A program made the position numbers and the translations under genes. A DNA stretch of 52,542 nucleotides from Bacillota bacterium (GTDB taxonomy: Bacteria; Bacillota; Clostridia; Christensenellales; UMGS416). The DNA is taken from positions 1 to 52,542 of the forward strand of contig JAEYRA010000155.1 in assembly GCA_023409755.1 (NCBI GenBank), read 5' to 3'. Below are positions 27,061-36,409 of this stretch, one piece after another (position 1 is the stretch's first letter; every line of letters begins with the position of its first letter). Below the pieces are notes generated by a model. It searched no databases and was not told where the DNA came from. It saw nothing but the letters and a program-made list of their open reading frames with translations.

Positions 27061-28032
27061 ATGAGCGCAATCAATTCGGGCGTGCAGAAGGCCGAAACCT
27101 ACACGCCACGGCCCGCCAAACAGAAGAGTTTCTGGCGCAAATGCGTGGAACAACGGCAATTGCTGGTACTGATCGTGCCGTTTCTCTGCTTGGTCTTCGT
27201 CTTTCACTACCTGCCGCTGTGGGGCTGGCTCATGGCGTTCCAGAACTTTAAGCCTGCCAAGGGTATTTTCGGCTCGGTATTTGTGGGGTTGGCCAACTTC
27301 CAGGAGCTGTTTGCCGACGCCAACTTTTACCGCGCCTTCAAGAACACGGTGGCAACCAGTGCACTGAAGATCGTCTTCAACTTCTTCTCGGCCATCCTCT
27401 TGGCTCTGATGCTCAACGAGGTGCGCCGCATCGCCTTCAAGCGGGTGGTGCAGACGATCTCCTACCTGCCCTACTTCGTGTCCTGGGTTGTCGCCGCCAA
27501 CATCGTCTATATGACGCTCTCGCCCAACGACGGCATTCTCAATGTGCTCCTGATGAAGCTGGGCCTGTCCCAGGAGGGCATCCCCTTCATGGGCGAACCC
27601 AAGTACTTCTACTGGATCATCGCGCTCTCCAACGTGTGGAAAAACGTGGGGTGGAACGCCATCATCTATCTGGCGTCCATGACGGGCATCGACCCCGAGC
27701 TCTACGAAGCCGCATCCATTGACGGGGCAGGGCGGCTGCGCCGCATCATGGCCGTGACGCTGCCAAGCATCTTCCCCATCATCAAGATTCTGCTGGTGCT
27801 CAACATCGGTATGCTGATGAACGCGGGGTTTGAACACGTCTACCTGCTGAGCAACCCCTCCAACTTCGAAGCCTCTCGTACCATTGAAGTGTACGTCTTC
27901 ACATACGCGCTGAAAACCGGTCGTCTCTCCTACGGCACGGCAATCGGCATCTTCAACTCCACCATATCCATCTCGCTGATCCTGATTAGCAACTGGATCT
28001 CCAAGCGGATCGATGGATATGGGATATTCTAG
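27061..28032 (+). CDS. Sugar ABC transporter permease (LplB-like)
   Basis: Six TM helices and the EAA loop EAASIDGAGRLRRIMAVTLP. The start is trimmed to ATG 27061 after GGGGGAGGAAAA. Confidence 0.9.
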   Translation: MSAINSGVQKAETYTPRPAKQKSFWRKCVEQRQLLVLIVPFLCLVFVFHYLPLWGWLMAFQNFKPAKGIFGSVFVGLANFQELFADANFYRAFKNTVATSALKIVFNFFSAILLALMLNEVRRIAFKRVVQTISYLPYFVSWVVAANIVYMTLSPNDGILNVLLMKLGLSQEGIPFMGEPKYFYWIIALSNVWKNVGWNAIIYLASMTGIDPELYEAASIDGAGRLRRIMAVTLPSIFPIIKILLVLNIGMLMNAGFEHVYLLSNPSNFEASRTIEVYVFTYALKTGRLSYGTAIGIFNSTISISLILISNWISKRIDGYGIF

Positions 28033-28044
28033 GAGGTGTGCGCC

Positions 28045-28995
28045 ATGGAACTGACCAAAAAGAAGCCCATTGCCCCCAAAAAGACCGGCCGGCACATCAA
28101 GCGCACGCCGGAGGACCTTGTCCTCGATGCCGTCATTTACCTCTCGCTCATCCTGCTGTGCGTGGTGACACTCTACCCGTTCCTCAACACGCTGGCCATC
28201 TCCTTCAACAGCGCGCTGGACACCGTGCGCGGCGGCATCTACCTGTGGCCGAGGGAGATCACCCTACGCAACTATGAGAAGATACTGGTGGGCAACCCCG
28301 CCATCACCCAGGCGCTGTTCATCTCGGCCTCCCGCGCGGTGGTGGGCTGCGCCACCGCGGTGTTCGCATGCCTGTGTGTGTCCTATGTACTCTCCCGCCG
28401 GGAGTTTGTGCTGCGCCGGGTGTTCACCCCTTTCCTGGTGTTCACGATGTACTTCTCCGGAGGTCTCATCCCCGTCTACCTGCTGATGGGCGACCTGCAC
28501 CTGACCAACAACTTCCTCGTCTACATCCTGCCAGGCATGGTGGGCGCATACAACGTCATGGTCATGCGCAGCTACATCGAAAGCTTGCCCGAGAGCCTGA
28601 TTGAGGCCGCCAAGATCGATGGTGCCAGCGAGTACCGCATTCTCTTTTCCATCATTTGGCCATTGAGCCTGCCGGTGGTGGCGACGATTGCCCTCTTTGT
28701 GGCGGTGGGCCAGTGGAACTCCTGGTTTGACACCATGCTTTACTGCTCCAGCCCCAAGGCCGGTCTGACGACGCTGCAATACGAGCTGCAGAAGCTGCTG
28801 ACCTCGGCACAGAGCTACTCCGGCCAGGACAGCGACGTGGCCTTGGCCACCAGTGACCTCAACAAGGTGCCGGTCACGCCCAGCTCCATCCGCTCGGCCA
28901 TGACGATCATCGCCGTCGTTCCCATCCTGTTCATCTATCCCTTCCTGCAGAAATATTTCGTCACCGGTCTCACCCTGGGCGGGGTGAAAGGCTGA
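28045..28995 (+). CDS. Sugar ABC transporter permease (LplC-like)
   Basis: EAA loop EAAKIDGASEYRILFSIIWP. ATG 28045 lies 8 nt after AGGAGG; the track ORF starts at GTG 28036. Confidence 0.9.
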   Translation: MELTKKKPIAPKKTGRHIKRTPEDLVLDAVIYLSLILLCVVTLYPFLNTLAISFNSALDTVRGGIYLWPREITLRNYEKILVGNPAITQALFISASRAVVGCATAVFACLCVSYVLSRREFVLRRVFTPFLVFTMYFSGGLIPVYLLMGDLHLTNNFLVYILPGMVGAYNVMVMRSYIESLPESLIEAAKIDGASEYRILFSIIWPLSLPVVATIALFVAVGQWNSWFDTMLYCSSPKAGLTTLQYELQKLLTSAQSYSGQDSDVALATSDLNKVPVTPSSIRSAMTIIAVVPILFIYPFLQKYFVTGLTLGGVKG

Positions 28996-29040
28996 CAAAG
29001 CTACAACAGGGATGTGCTCTCTTTCCTCCTACCCTATCCC

Positions 29041-29073
29041 ACACAATGGCGCGGGAGATTCCCGCGCCATTGT
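29041..29073 (+). terminator. Strong hairpin after the ABC operon
   Basis: CACAATGGCGCGGGA-GAT-TCCCGCGCCATTGTG, a 15-bp perfect stem. There is no clear U-tract. Confidence 0.45.
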
Positions 29074-29124
29074 GCTGCCCGCAACAGCCGCAAGCCATCC
29101 CTTTTCACCAATACCGAACAACAG

Positions 29125-29154
29125 CAAGGCGGCGTGGGGTTCCCCACGCCGCCT
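29125..29154 (-). terminator. Hairpin terminator after the Gfo/Idh/MocA gene
   Basis: AAGGCGGCGTGGGG-TT-CCCCACGCCGCCTT, a 14-bp stem. On the minus strand it is followed by the U-rich GCUGUUGUU. Confidence 0.5.
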
Positions 29155-29169
29155 TTGATGGACTTTCTG

Positions 29170-30192
29170 TTACAGGCTGATGAGCTTGCCGCCCGTGTCG
29201 GCGGACTGTTCCTCCGCCAGGGCGATGCCGATGGTGAGACGGGTGCTCTCCGGCGCGCAGGTCTCGATGGGCCGATCCTGCAGGACGCAGTCAATGAAGT
29301 AGCAGATCTCACGGTAGTAGCCGTCATCAGCCGACAGCTCAGGGGTGAAGCCCTCGCCCTCCTCGGGGTACACGGTGAGTTTGCCCTGGGTGAAATGGAC
29401 GCTGCCATGTTTGAAGTTCACCCGGAAGGCCATGTCAAACCCGTAGGCCCCGGCGATCGTCCAGTCGTCCTCCGCGCAGACGATCTTGCCGTCGTCGTAG
29501 AGGTAGCGGGTGGACACGGCGTCGTAGCCCGAGCCCTCAAATACGACTTGGGCGCTGGTGGTGACGGCCTGCGGCACCCCGAAGAGCCAGTTGATGGTGT
29601 CCACATCGTGCACGTGCTGATCAAGCAGGCACCCGCCGCTCTTCTCATCATTGAGCAGCCAATTCTGCCAGGACCACTTGGGCGTGCTGCCGCCGCGGAA
29701 GAAGTACGCCGATGTCAGCGTGCCAAAGCGCCCGCTGTCCACGCAGTCCTTCAGGTATTCATATGCCGGCCAGAACCGCAGGCAGTGGCCCGTCATGAGC
29801 TTACGGCCGGTGGAACGGCTCGTGTCGATCATCGCCTGGCATTCCTCCAGCGTGCGGGCCATGGGCTTCTCGCACAGCACATGGCAGCCCGCCTCCATGG
29901 CGGCGATGGCCGCCTCGGCGTGCAGGTACGTCGGCAGGGCGATGTCCACATAATCGAGCTTCTGCTCGGCAATCATCTGGCGGTAGTCGGTGTACTGGGC
30001 GTAACTGCTCAGATTGACAGCGTTGCCCACGTCGATGTTGCCGGTCACGATGTCGCGCCCGGTGAGCTTGCCCTCCTCCACATCACACACAGCCACCAGC
30101 TTGACCGGCACACCTTCCTGCTCCAACCGCTGGTACACGTTCACATGCCCCCGGCCCATAAATCCAAGGCCGATCAATCCAACTCGCAGCAT
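29170..30192 (-). CDS. Gfo/Idh/MocA family NAD(P)-dependent oxidoreductase
   Basis: N-terminal Rossmann MLRVGLIGLGFMGRGH and the EKP motif (CEKPMA). RBS GGAGGAGGAAG. Confidence 0.9.
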   Translation of the reverse strand: MLRVGLIGLGFMGRGHVNVYQRLEQEGVPVKLVAVCDVEEGKLTGRDIVTGNIDVGNAVNLSSYAQYTDYRQMIAEQKLDYVDIALPTYLHAEAAIAAMEAGCHVLCEKPMARTLEECQAMIDTSRSTGRKLMTGHCLRFWPAYEYLKDCVDSGRFGTLTSAYFFRGGSTPKWSWQNWLLNDEKSGGCLLDQHVHDVDTINWLFGVPQAVTTSAQVVFEGSGYDAVSTRYLYDDGKIVCAEDDWTIAGAYGFDMAFRVNFKHGSVHFTQGKLTVYPEEGEGFTPELSADDGYYREICYFIDCVLQDRPIETCAPESTRLTIGIALAEEQSADTGGKLISL

Positions 30193-30283
30193 GGTTCTTC
30201 CTCCTCCATCGGCAGGGCGGCAACCAGCACCTAAATCACACTCAGGCGATTCTCAGTGGTCTTGCCCTGCCATTTTTTACGTT

Positions 30284-31120
30284 TCAATTCATGGCGATGA
30301 TGCGATCCAGCGCGGCCGATGTGTTGGGCACAAGCTGGTCGCTGTAGTACCGGTAGGCGGACAGTTCCGCCGTCAGGTAGCCGTCGTAGCCCACCCGGCG
30401 AAGCGCCTCCACCACCGCCGGGAAGTTGACGTCGCCGGTCAGCAGGTCGGTGAAGCCATTGATGTTGCCAACGGAGCACTTAAAGTCCTTGACGTGCACG
30501 CGGACAATGCGCTTGCCGAGGATATCAATCCACTGCTCAGGATAACCAAACTGCAGCACGTTGCCTACATCAAAGTAGCTCTGCACGAAGGGTGATTCGC
30601 AGGCGTCCACAAAGGCGGCCATCTCCAGCGGCGACAGCAGGAATTTGTTCCACACATTCTCCACCCCGATGACGACGCCACAGGCCGCCGCGTGGGGCGC
30701 TGCCGCCCGCAGGAAATCGAGAGCACGATCGTAGGCCACATCGTAGCGCACCGGCGGCGCGTCGACAAACTCCGCCCCAACCATACCGGGAACCACCAGA
30801 ATGGCCCCCACGCCCAGCAATGCAGCTATTTCCAGCTGGCGTTTGACGAGCTCCAATGCCTTGGCGCGCACCTCGGCATCACCAGACGTGGGCGGGCAAG
30901 CCCAGTACACACCGGTGGACAGCGAAGCCAGCGCAAGACCGCATGCTTCCGCGCGCGCCTTCAACGCCAACACATCGCGGTCGGTGCTGTCCGGGGTCAG
31001 GTACCCGTCCAGGGCGAAGTTCGGCTCCACCGCCCCAAAGCCTGCGGCAGCGGCGGCCTCAAAGCACTGCTCCGGCTGCCAGCCGCCGGGGAACGACCAC
31101 AGATTGATCGATTTGATCAC
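30284..31120 (-). CDS. Sugar phosphate isomerase/epimerase (xylose isomerase-like TIM barrel)
   Basis: Motifs GVENVWN and VHVKDF. The start is trimmed to GTG 31120 (MIKSINLW...) after GGGGGTG. The upstream part of the track ORF overlaps the divergent promoter region. Confidence 0.8.
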   Translation of the reverse strand: MIKSINLWSFPGGWQPEQCFEAAAAAGFGAVEPNFALDGYLTPDSTDRDVLALKARAEACGLALASLSTGVYWACPPTSGDAEVRAKALELVKRQLEIAALLGVGAILVVPGMVGAEFVDAPPVRYDVAYDRALDFLRAAAPHAAACGVVIGVENVWNKFLLSPLEMAAFVDACESPFVQSYFDVGNVLQFGYPEQWIDILGKRIVRVHVKDFKCSVGNINGFTDLLTGDVNFPAVVEALRRVGYDGYLTAELSAYRYYSDQLVPNTSAALDRIIAMN

Positions 31121-31213
31121 GATAACACCCCCTGTTCTGGCTCTATTGTATCTGGTATACTGCTTTTGGTATTTGCACAATCCCGCACACTTTTTGCACT
31201 TTTGGAGGGCGGC

Positions 31214-32125
31214 ATGGAGTACCAACCACTGCGGCTGCAGCGCTTGCTGGACATCGAGGCAATCGTCAGCGTGCACTGTTTTCAATTTGCTCGGGGGTAC
31301 GTCTTTTCCGGTGAGCAGCATGATTTTTGGGAGTTGGTGTACCTGGACCGGGGTGCGGTGGAACTGGGGGCCGACGAGCGGCGTTTCGTACTGGGCCAAT
31401 CGGAGATCGCCTTCCACGCCCCCAACGAATTCCATAGCATTTGGGCCGGGGCGGACCGACCGCCGGATTTGATCGTCGTTTCCTTTGTGTGCCGGTCACC
31501 AGCGATGGAGCGCTTCCGACAGGCGCGGCTCGCCGCCGATGACGATGCCAAGGCCCTGCTCGCCACCATCGTGCGGGAGGCTCGCCGTGCCTTCGCCAAC
31601 CGCCCGGAAGACCACTACCTGACGCTGGAGCGCCGGCCTGATGCGGCAACCGGCGCAGAGCAGCTGCTGGCCTGCGCGCTGACGACGCTGCTTCTTCGTC
31701 TGCTGCGGCAGCTGGAGCAGGCTGACACGCCGACATCTGACGGGGACACAGCCGATGTGCGGCCCAAAGCATCCGCCGGCCGGCAGGAATACCAGCTCGG
31801 ACTGCTGGCACAAATGGAGCACACCCTGGGTCAGCGCCTCCAGGAGCGGCTCACCCTGCCACAGCTGGCGAGGCGCTTCGGCATGAGCCCCAGCGCCCTG
31901 CAGCTGCTGGTGCGCAGCCAGTATCAGCAAGGCGTGATGGAGTGGGTCGGCCGCCTACGGCACGAGGCCGCCAAGCGTTTGATCCGCGAGGGGTATCTAA
32001 CCATGACTGAGATTGCCGCACGCTGCGGCTTTTCCTCGGTGCACTACTTCTCCCGCCGCTTCACCCAGCTGGAAGGCAGCACCCCCACCGAATACGCTCG
32101 CTCGGTGCGCCGGTTGACCGAGTGA
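31214..32125 (+). CDS. AraC family transcriptional regulator (cupin sensor plus HTH)
   Basis: The start is trimmed to ATG 31214 after GGAGGG. C-terminal HTH is CGFSSVHYFSRRFTQLEGSTPTEY. Confidence 0.85.
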   Translation: MEYQPLRLQRLLDIEAIVSVHCFQFARGYVFSGEQHDFWELVYLDRGAVELGADERRFVLGQSEIAFHAPNEFHSIWAGADRPPDLIVVSFVCRSPAMERFRQARLAADDDAKALLATIVREARRAFANRPEDHYLTLERRPDAATGAEQLLACALTTLLLRLLRQLEQADTPTSDGDTADVRPKASAGRQEYQLGLLAQMEHTLGQRLQERLTLPQLARRFGMSPSALQLLVRSQYQQGVMEWVGRLRHEAAKRLIREGYLTMTEIAARCGFSSVHYFSRRFTQLEGSTPTEYARSVRRLTE

Positions 32126-32269
32126 CCCCACCGATGCGTCTGCTGTGGAAATCCACATAACAGAGTAAGCCGCACCGGAACTCTCAGCAATCGCAGCCAG
32201 ATTGGCCGGAATGCAGAGATGCCAGTGCGGTCAGGTTGTCGTCCCATAGTTCACGACATACAACAACGG

Positions 32270-32308
32270 ATAAAAAACAGGGCCGAGAGCGTTCCGCTCC
32301 CTGCCCTG
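32270..32308 (-). terminator. Intrinsic terminator after the 295-aa hypothetical gene
   Basis: Minus RNA is CAGGGCAGGGAGCG-GAA-CGCUCUCGGCCCUG (14 bp, one mismatch) followed by UUUUUUAU. Confidence 0.7.
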
Positions 32309-32345
32309 CGATCATTCTATGGGAAAGTTCCTTTCTCCCGCCCTT

Positions 32346-33233
32346 TTACTTGTAGAAGAACTTCCAGGTGCGCGACCAAGTGGCGCTCTCTCCGGGTTGG
32401 ATGTCCAAATTGACAAACACCTCGGTGGAGAGCACATGGTGGATGGCCCAAACCTGGATGTAACCGGGGGTAAAGGAGTCCTGCTCCAGCATACCGACGG
32501 GCTCATCGTCGTGCACCAGCTGCCACACATAGCCGGGGCAGACCGGGCCCACCTCCTGCACGAGGGTGAAGGGCGGATTATCGGGCTGACCCACCCAGGT
32601 GAGCAATGCGTTCTCCGCATTGCCGGTGAAGGAAAACTTACGGCTGAACGTCGCCTGGGGATCCACCGAATTGACGAAAAGCTTGTACGCTTTGTCCACC
32701 GGGCGGCGGTTGATGGCCACGAAATTGTGGTTGTACTCCCGCAGATGCATGGCCTTGCTGCCGGTGTTGAAGAGGGTGGAACGCACCGTCAACGTGTCGC
32801 CGTTGACCTGCAAGAGCTTCCGCTGGCGGAAGGCGTAACCGTTGCACTCCAACGCATCCTGGGTGAAGCAGGCCCAGTTGCTGCCATGCTCCACCGCCGT
32901 GGGGAAGAGCTCGCACGGGTACTTCTTCATGAAGGCGTAATCCTCGCCTTCGTTTTTGGTCAGCACGCCCACGCCGACCTTGGGAAACTGCCCGCTGGCT
33001 GTCGCATCGGCATAAGCCTCATTGAACTGGAACTCGTTGCACAACCCCATGCCGCCATTGGTGGCGTGGTCGCTGGTGTACGACTCCGGTACGGTGAACT
33101 CATGCTTGCCATCCAGCACAACGGAGGCCACAAAGCCCGTCCAATCAAACCGCGTACCGCTGTAGAGGCTGCTCCCTGGCTGGGCCACATCGACCGTCAG
33201 ACGGTCTGACCCAATGCGAAACGTTCCTTCCAT
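32346..33233 (-). CDS. Hypothetical protein, possibly galactose-mutarotase-like fold
   Basis: 295-aa ORF with protein-like composition. RBS GAAGGAAGG precedes ATG 33233. It is co-directional with rpiB 95 nt upstream. The fold suggestion rests only on weak HxxF/N-type motifs (REYNHNF). Confidence 0.65.
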   Translation of the reverse strand: MEGTFRIGSDRLTVDVAQPGSSLYSGTRFDWTGFVASVVLDGKHEFTVPESYTSDHATNGGMGLCNEFQFNEAYADATASGQFPKVGVGVLTKNEGEDYAFMKKYPCELFPTAVEHGSNWACFTQDALECNGYAFRQRKLLQVNGDTLTVRSTLFNTGSKAMHLREYNHNFVAINRRPVDKAYKLFVNSVDPQATFSRKFSFTGNAENALLTWVGQPDNPPFTLVQEVGPVCPGYVWQLVHDDEPVGMLEQDSFTPGYIQVWAIHHVLSTEVFVNLDIQPGESATWSRTWKFFYK

Positions 33234-33329
33234 GGCTAGAACCTTCCTTCACTCGGCGCTCGCGGCGCCGTTTTCTCCCATTTCCACGCTCATCTTGGCT
33301 GAATACCCGCGGGCTGACGCTCCGTCGGT

Positions 33330-33779
33330 TCAGCAGTCCTCCCGCGTCTCAATGTCGGTAATGGCATCCACACGACGCTGATGCCGACCGCCCTCAAAGG
33401 ACGCGTCGAGGAACTCGTCCACGATCATCTTGGCCAAGTCCGGCCCCACCACCCGCGCGCCAAAAGCGATGATGTTGGCGTCGTTGTGCTGGCGGGTCAG
33501 GCGAGCACTGTATGGCTCGCTGCACACCGCTGCGCGAATGCCGCGCACCTTGTTGGCGGCCAGCGAAATACCGATGCCGGTGCCGCAGATGAGCACCCCA
33601 AGGTCGCACTGACCGGAAGCGACCGCCCGGGCAACCGCCTCGCCGTAGGCGGGGTAATCACAGCGTTCTGCGCTGTGGCAGCCAAAATCCTCTACATCAT
33701 ACCCGCGTTGACGCAGGTGCTCGGCAATGATCGGCTTCAGCTCCCAACCCACATGGTCACAGCCGATGGCAATTTTCAT
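33330..33779 (-). CDS. rpiB: Ribose-5-phosphate isomerase B / sugar-phosphate isomerase, RpiB/LacA/LacB family
   Basis: MKIAIGCDHVGWELK ... LICGTGIGISLAANKVRGIRAA. The start is trimmed to ATG 33779. Confidence 0.92.
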   Translation of the reverse strand: MKIAIGCDHVGWELKPIIAEHLRQRGYDVEDFGCHSAERCDYPAYGEAVARAVASGQCDLGVLICGTGIGISLAANKVRGIRAAVCSEPYSARLTRQHNDANIIAFGARVVGPDLAKMIVDEFLDASFEGGRHQRRVDAITDIETREDC

Positions 33780-33914
33780 TGGTAATTCCCGTCCTTCCAT
33801 ATCGCTTTCCCGTGTTATCGTACCATAGCGCGGGCTCGTTCTCAACTGAAAATACGTCATACCAACACCATCCTTGGTCATTGCGTACAACTTTCAAAAA
33901 GTTTTTATAGCAGA

Positions 33915-33943
33915 TTGACAATATGCAGGATGGGTCATATAAT
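33915..33943 (+). promoter_or_regulatory. Consensus sigma-70 promoter
   Basis: TTGACA (33915-33920), a 17-nt spacer and TATAAT (33938-33943). It lies ~370 nt upstream of the next + strand CDS. Confidence 0.6.
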
Positions 33944-34064
33944 AAGGCCGTAAACCAAGCGGTTCGCCGCAGAAACCAAAACGAATCAGACGGCAAGCTT
34001 TCATGACAAGCTGAATAGTTTCAGTAAGTGCAAAGAGAGAGTTTGCTTTTTTATTCCGGGCACA

Positions 34065-34078
34065 TGTAATCGATTACA
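34065..34078. promoter_or_regulatory. cre-like (CcpA) operator within an 18-bp perfect palindrome
   Basis: TGTAATCGATTACA fits the cre consensus TGWAANCGNTNWCA at every position. It is embedded in the palindrome CATGTAATCGATTACATG (34063-34080). Confidence 0.55.
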
Positions 34079-34316
34079 TGAAGGCGGTTGATACTATGGT
34101 CACACTTGGTCACAGTGCATCCAATTACCGTCACGGTGCCCCCTGGCGCAGCTTTTCCTGTACCTCCCCAATCGGATTTTCATCGCCTCTTCCTCCCTCC
34201 GGTTTGCCACCACGCACCACACGATCGTAACACCGCATCATCCTGGTCAATATCGGTTTTCAGAGTTCTTTCGCCCTGCTGCAATCGAGTGCAACTAACA
34301 GGAAAGGGATGGAACC

Positions 34317-35375
34317 GTGCGTCAGAATCACATGACCGGCCTTTGTGTCCATCACGAGAATCCCAATTTCAAGCTGATACGCGAGGCAGGCATCCGCTGG
34401 TGCCGTCTGCATGTCCCCTACCCCTGGCTGGACAAGGTAGGCGGGCAGTACGACCCGGCGTTTCTCACTGCCATCGGGGAGATTGTCCTCTATCGCCGAC
34501 AGGGGTTTCAGCCGTTGGTGACGACCCCGGCGTTGGGCAGCATGCACTACGATGACGCCGCCGGCGACACCGTGTGGCACCCGGGCTACCCGGCGTGGAT
34601 GGGCACCCCCGCCGATGACGATTTCCACAAGGCGCTGGAAGCCGGCATCCTCGAAATCGTGCGCATGACGGAGGGACTGGTGTCCTGGTGGCAGCTGGGC
34701 AACGAGCCGGACTTCGGCGTCTTCATCGGCCCCACCAGCCGCGAGGACAACGTTCGCTTCAACCGTACAATGGCCATGGCCTTCCACCGGGCCGCGCCGG
34801 ACGCTCACATCGGCATCAACCTGGCCGGCGTGGCCGGCGAGCACATCACCGACTATGCACTGTGGCTGACCGAGGAGCTCTACCGCCGCCAGAACCTGCC
34901 CTACACCTATCTGGGGTTGGACGGTTACTTCGGCTGCTGGCAGCCCGGTGGGCCGCAAAACTGGGTGGACTACATCGACCGCATGCACGCGCTCTCTGGC
35001 AAGCCCATTCTCATCAACGAGTGGGGGTTTTCCACCATCTACCACGCACCCTTTGAGCGCGACCCCGAGCGCAAGCTCTATTACAACAACGAAAACTGCC
35101 GCGCTAAAACCTGGCAGAACCGCTGGGATGGCCAGGAACACAGCCCCGCCCTGCAGGCGGAGTTCATCCGCCAGACGCTTACAATCTTTGCCGACCACCC
35201 TGCCTGCATCGGTAATTTCTTCTTCCGCTGGGCTGACAGCCAACCCTGCTGGCAGTGCGGCGAGCACGACTGCCCAACCGAGACCCACTGGGGCATCACC
35301 GACATCGACCAGAACCCCCTGCCGGGCTATTGGGCACTGCAGGCGGGCAACCGGCAGCTGTTCGGCATGGAATAG
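34317..35375 (+). CDS. Clan GH-A (GH5-like) glycoside hydrolase
   Basis: WWQLGNEPD (acid/base NEP motif) and ILINEWGFS (nucleophile Glu). GTG start at 34317 follows GGAAAGGGATGG. No signal peptide. Confidence 0.75.
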   Translation: MRQNHMTGLCVHHENPNFKLIREAGIRWCRLHVPYPWLDKVGGQYDPAFLTAIGEIVLYRRQGFQPLVTTPALGSMHYDDAAGDTVWHPGYPAWMGTPADDDFHKALEAGILEIVRMTEGLVSWWQLGNEPDFGVFIGPTSREDNVRFNRTMAMAFHRAAPDAHIGINLAGVAGEHITDYALWLTEELYRRQNLPYTYLGLDGYFGCWQPGGPQNWVDYIDRMHALSGKPILINEWGFSTIYHAPFERDPERKLYYNNENCRAKTWQNRWDGQEHSPALQAEFIRQTLTIFADHPACIGNFFFRWADSQPCWQCGEHDCPTETHWGITDIDQNPLPGYWALQAGNRQLFGME

Positions 35376-35410
35376 AACGCAACGCATCCACTGACAAGGA
35401 GGATTCCAGA

Positions 35411-36382
35411 ATGGAGACCGTCACCACCCCAACCCCACCGGTGCAGCAGGTGAAGCGGGAGAACGCGTTCACCAACATTGCCTATGACCTGAGGAAGAAC
35501 AAGGTTCTCATGCTCATCCTGTTGCCGACGCTGTTGTTCTTCTTCATCTTCTCCTACCTGCCGATGGTCGGTATCTATTACGCCTTCACCAACTACAACT
35601 TCCAGGGCGGGCTTTTTGGAAGTCCCTTTGTGGGGTTGAATAACTTCAAATACCTCTTCACATCCGGCACGGCTTGGACGATCACCAGCAACACCGTCCT
35701 CTACAACCTAGTATTTATCCTGCTGGGCAATGCCATGCAGATTGCCACGGCCATCCTCCTGAGCCGGGTCAGCGGGCGCGTCTTCACCAAGACCACGCAG
35801 GCCATTATGTTCCTGCCGTACTTCATCTCCTACGTCATCATCGGCACCTTTGCCTACAATATGCTCAACTACGAAACCGGCGTCGTCAACACGTTCCTCA
35901 AGGGCCTGGGCGCCGAGCCCTATGACTTCTACAACACACCATGGATCTGGCGCATCCTCGTTCCCCTGTTCTACATTTGGAAGAACCTGGGCTATGGTTC
36001 CGTCATCTACCTGGCAGCCATCATGGGCATCAGCGATGATTACTACGAGGCGGCCGAGATTGACGGAGCCAACATCTTCCAGCAGATCCGTTTCATCACC
36101 CTGCCGATGCTTAAGCCCACGTTCATCATCCTGTTCCTGCTGGCACTGGGCAGCATCATGCGCGGTCAGTTCGATCTGTTCTTCCAGCTCATCGGTACGA
36201 ACGGCCTCCTCTTTTCCACCACCGACATCATCGACACCTTCGTGTTCCGGTCGCTGCGCTTCAACGTCAACATCGGAATGGGTACGGCGGCAGGTCTTTA
36301 TCAGTCGGTGTTCGGCCTAATCATCGTGGTCAGCGCCAACTACGCCATCCGGCGCTACGACGAAGATTTCGCGCTGTTCTAA
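35411..36382 (+). CDS. Sugar ABC transporter permease (LplB-like)
   Basis: The start is trimmed to ATG 35411 after AAGGAGG. EAA loop EAAEIDGANIFQQIRFITLP. Confidence 0.9.
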   Translation: METVTTPTPPVQQVKRENAFTNIAYDLRKNKVLMLILLPTLLFFFIFSYLPMVGIYYAFTNYNFQGGLFGSPFVGLNNFKYLFTSGTAWTITSNTVLYNLVFILLGNAMQIATAILLSRVSGRVFTKTTQAIMFLPYFISYVIIGTFAYNMLNYETGVVNTFLKGLGAEPYDFYNTPWIWRILVPLFYIWKNLGYGSVIYLAAIMGISDDYYEAAEIDGANIFQQIRFITLPMLKPTFIILFLLALGSIMRGQFDLFFQLIGTNGLLFSTTDIIDTFVFRSLRFNVNIGMGTAAGLYQSVFGLIIVVSANYAIRRYDEDFALF

Positions 36383-36409
36383 ACCGCTTGTGACGGAGGA
36401 GTAACGACC

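Noticed and set aside
30208-30277. + strand terminator-like element: GGCAGGGC ... GCCCTGCC followed by ATTTTTT
   Set aside because: The 8-bp stem encloses a 45-nt loop. The element lies between two minus-strand genes with no + strand gene or promoter upstream. It is most likely fortuitous and overlaps the Gfo gene RBS region.
34100-34183. 27-codon minus-strand ORF with the strong RBS-like GGAGGGAGGAAGAGG upstream
   Set aside because: The purine run is simply the complement of the pyrimidine-rich + strand leader. The peptide is Arg/Gly-rich, and no promoter is seen for the minus strand here.
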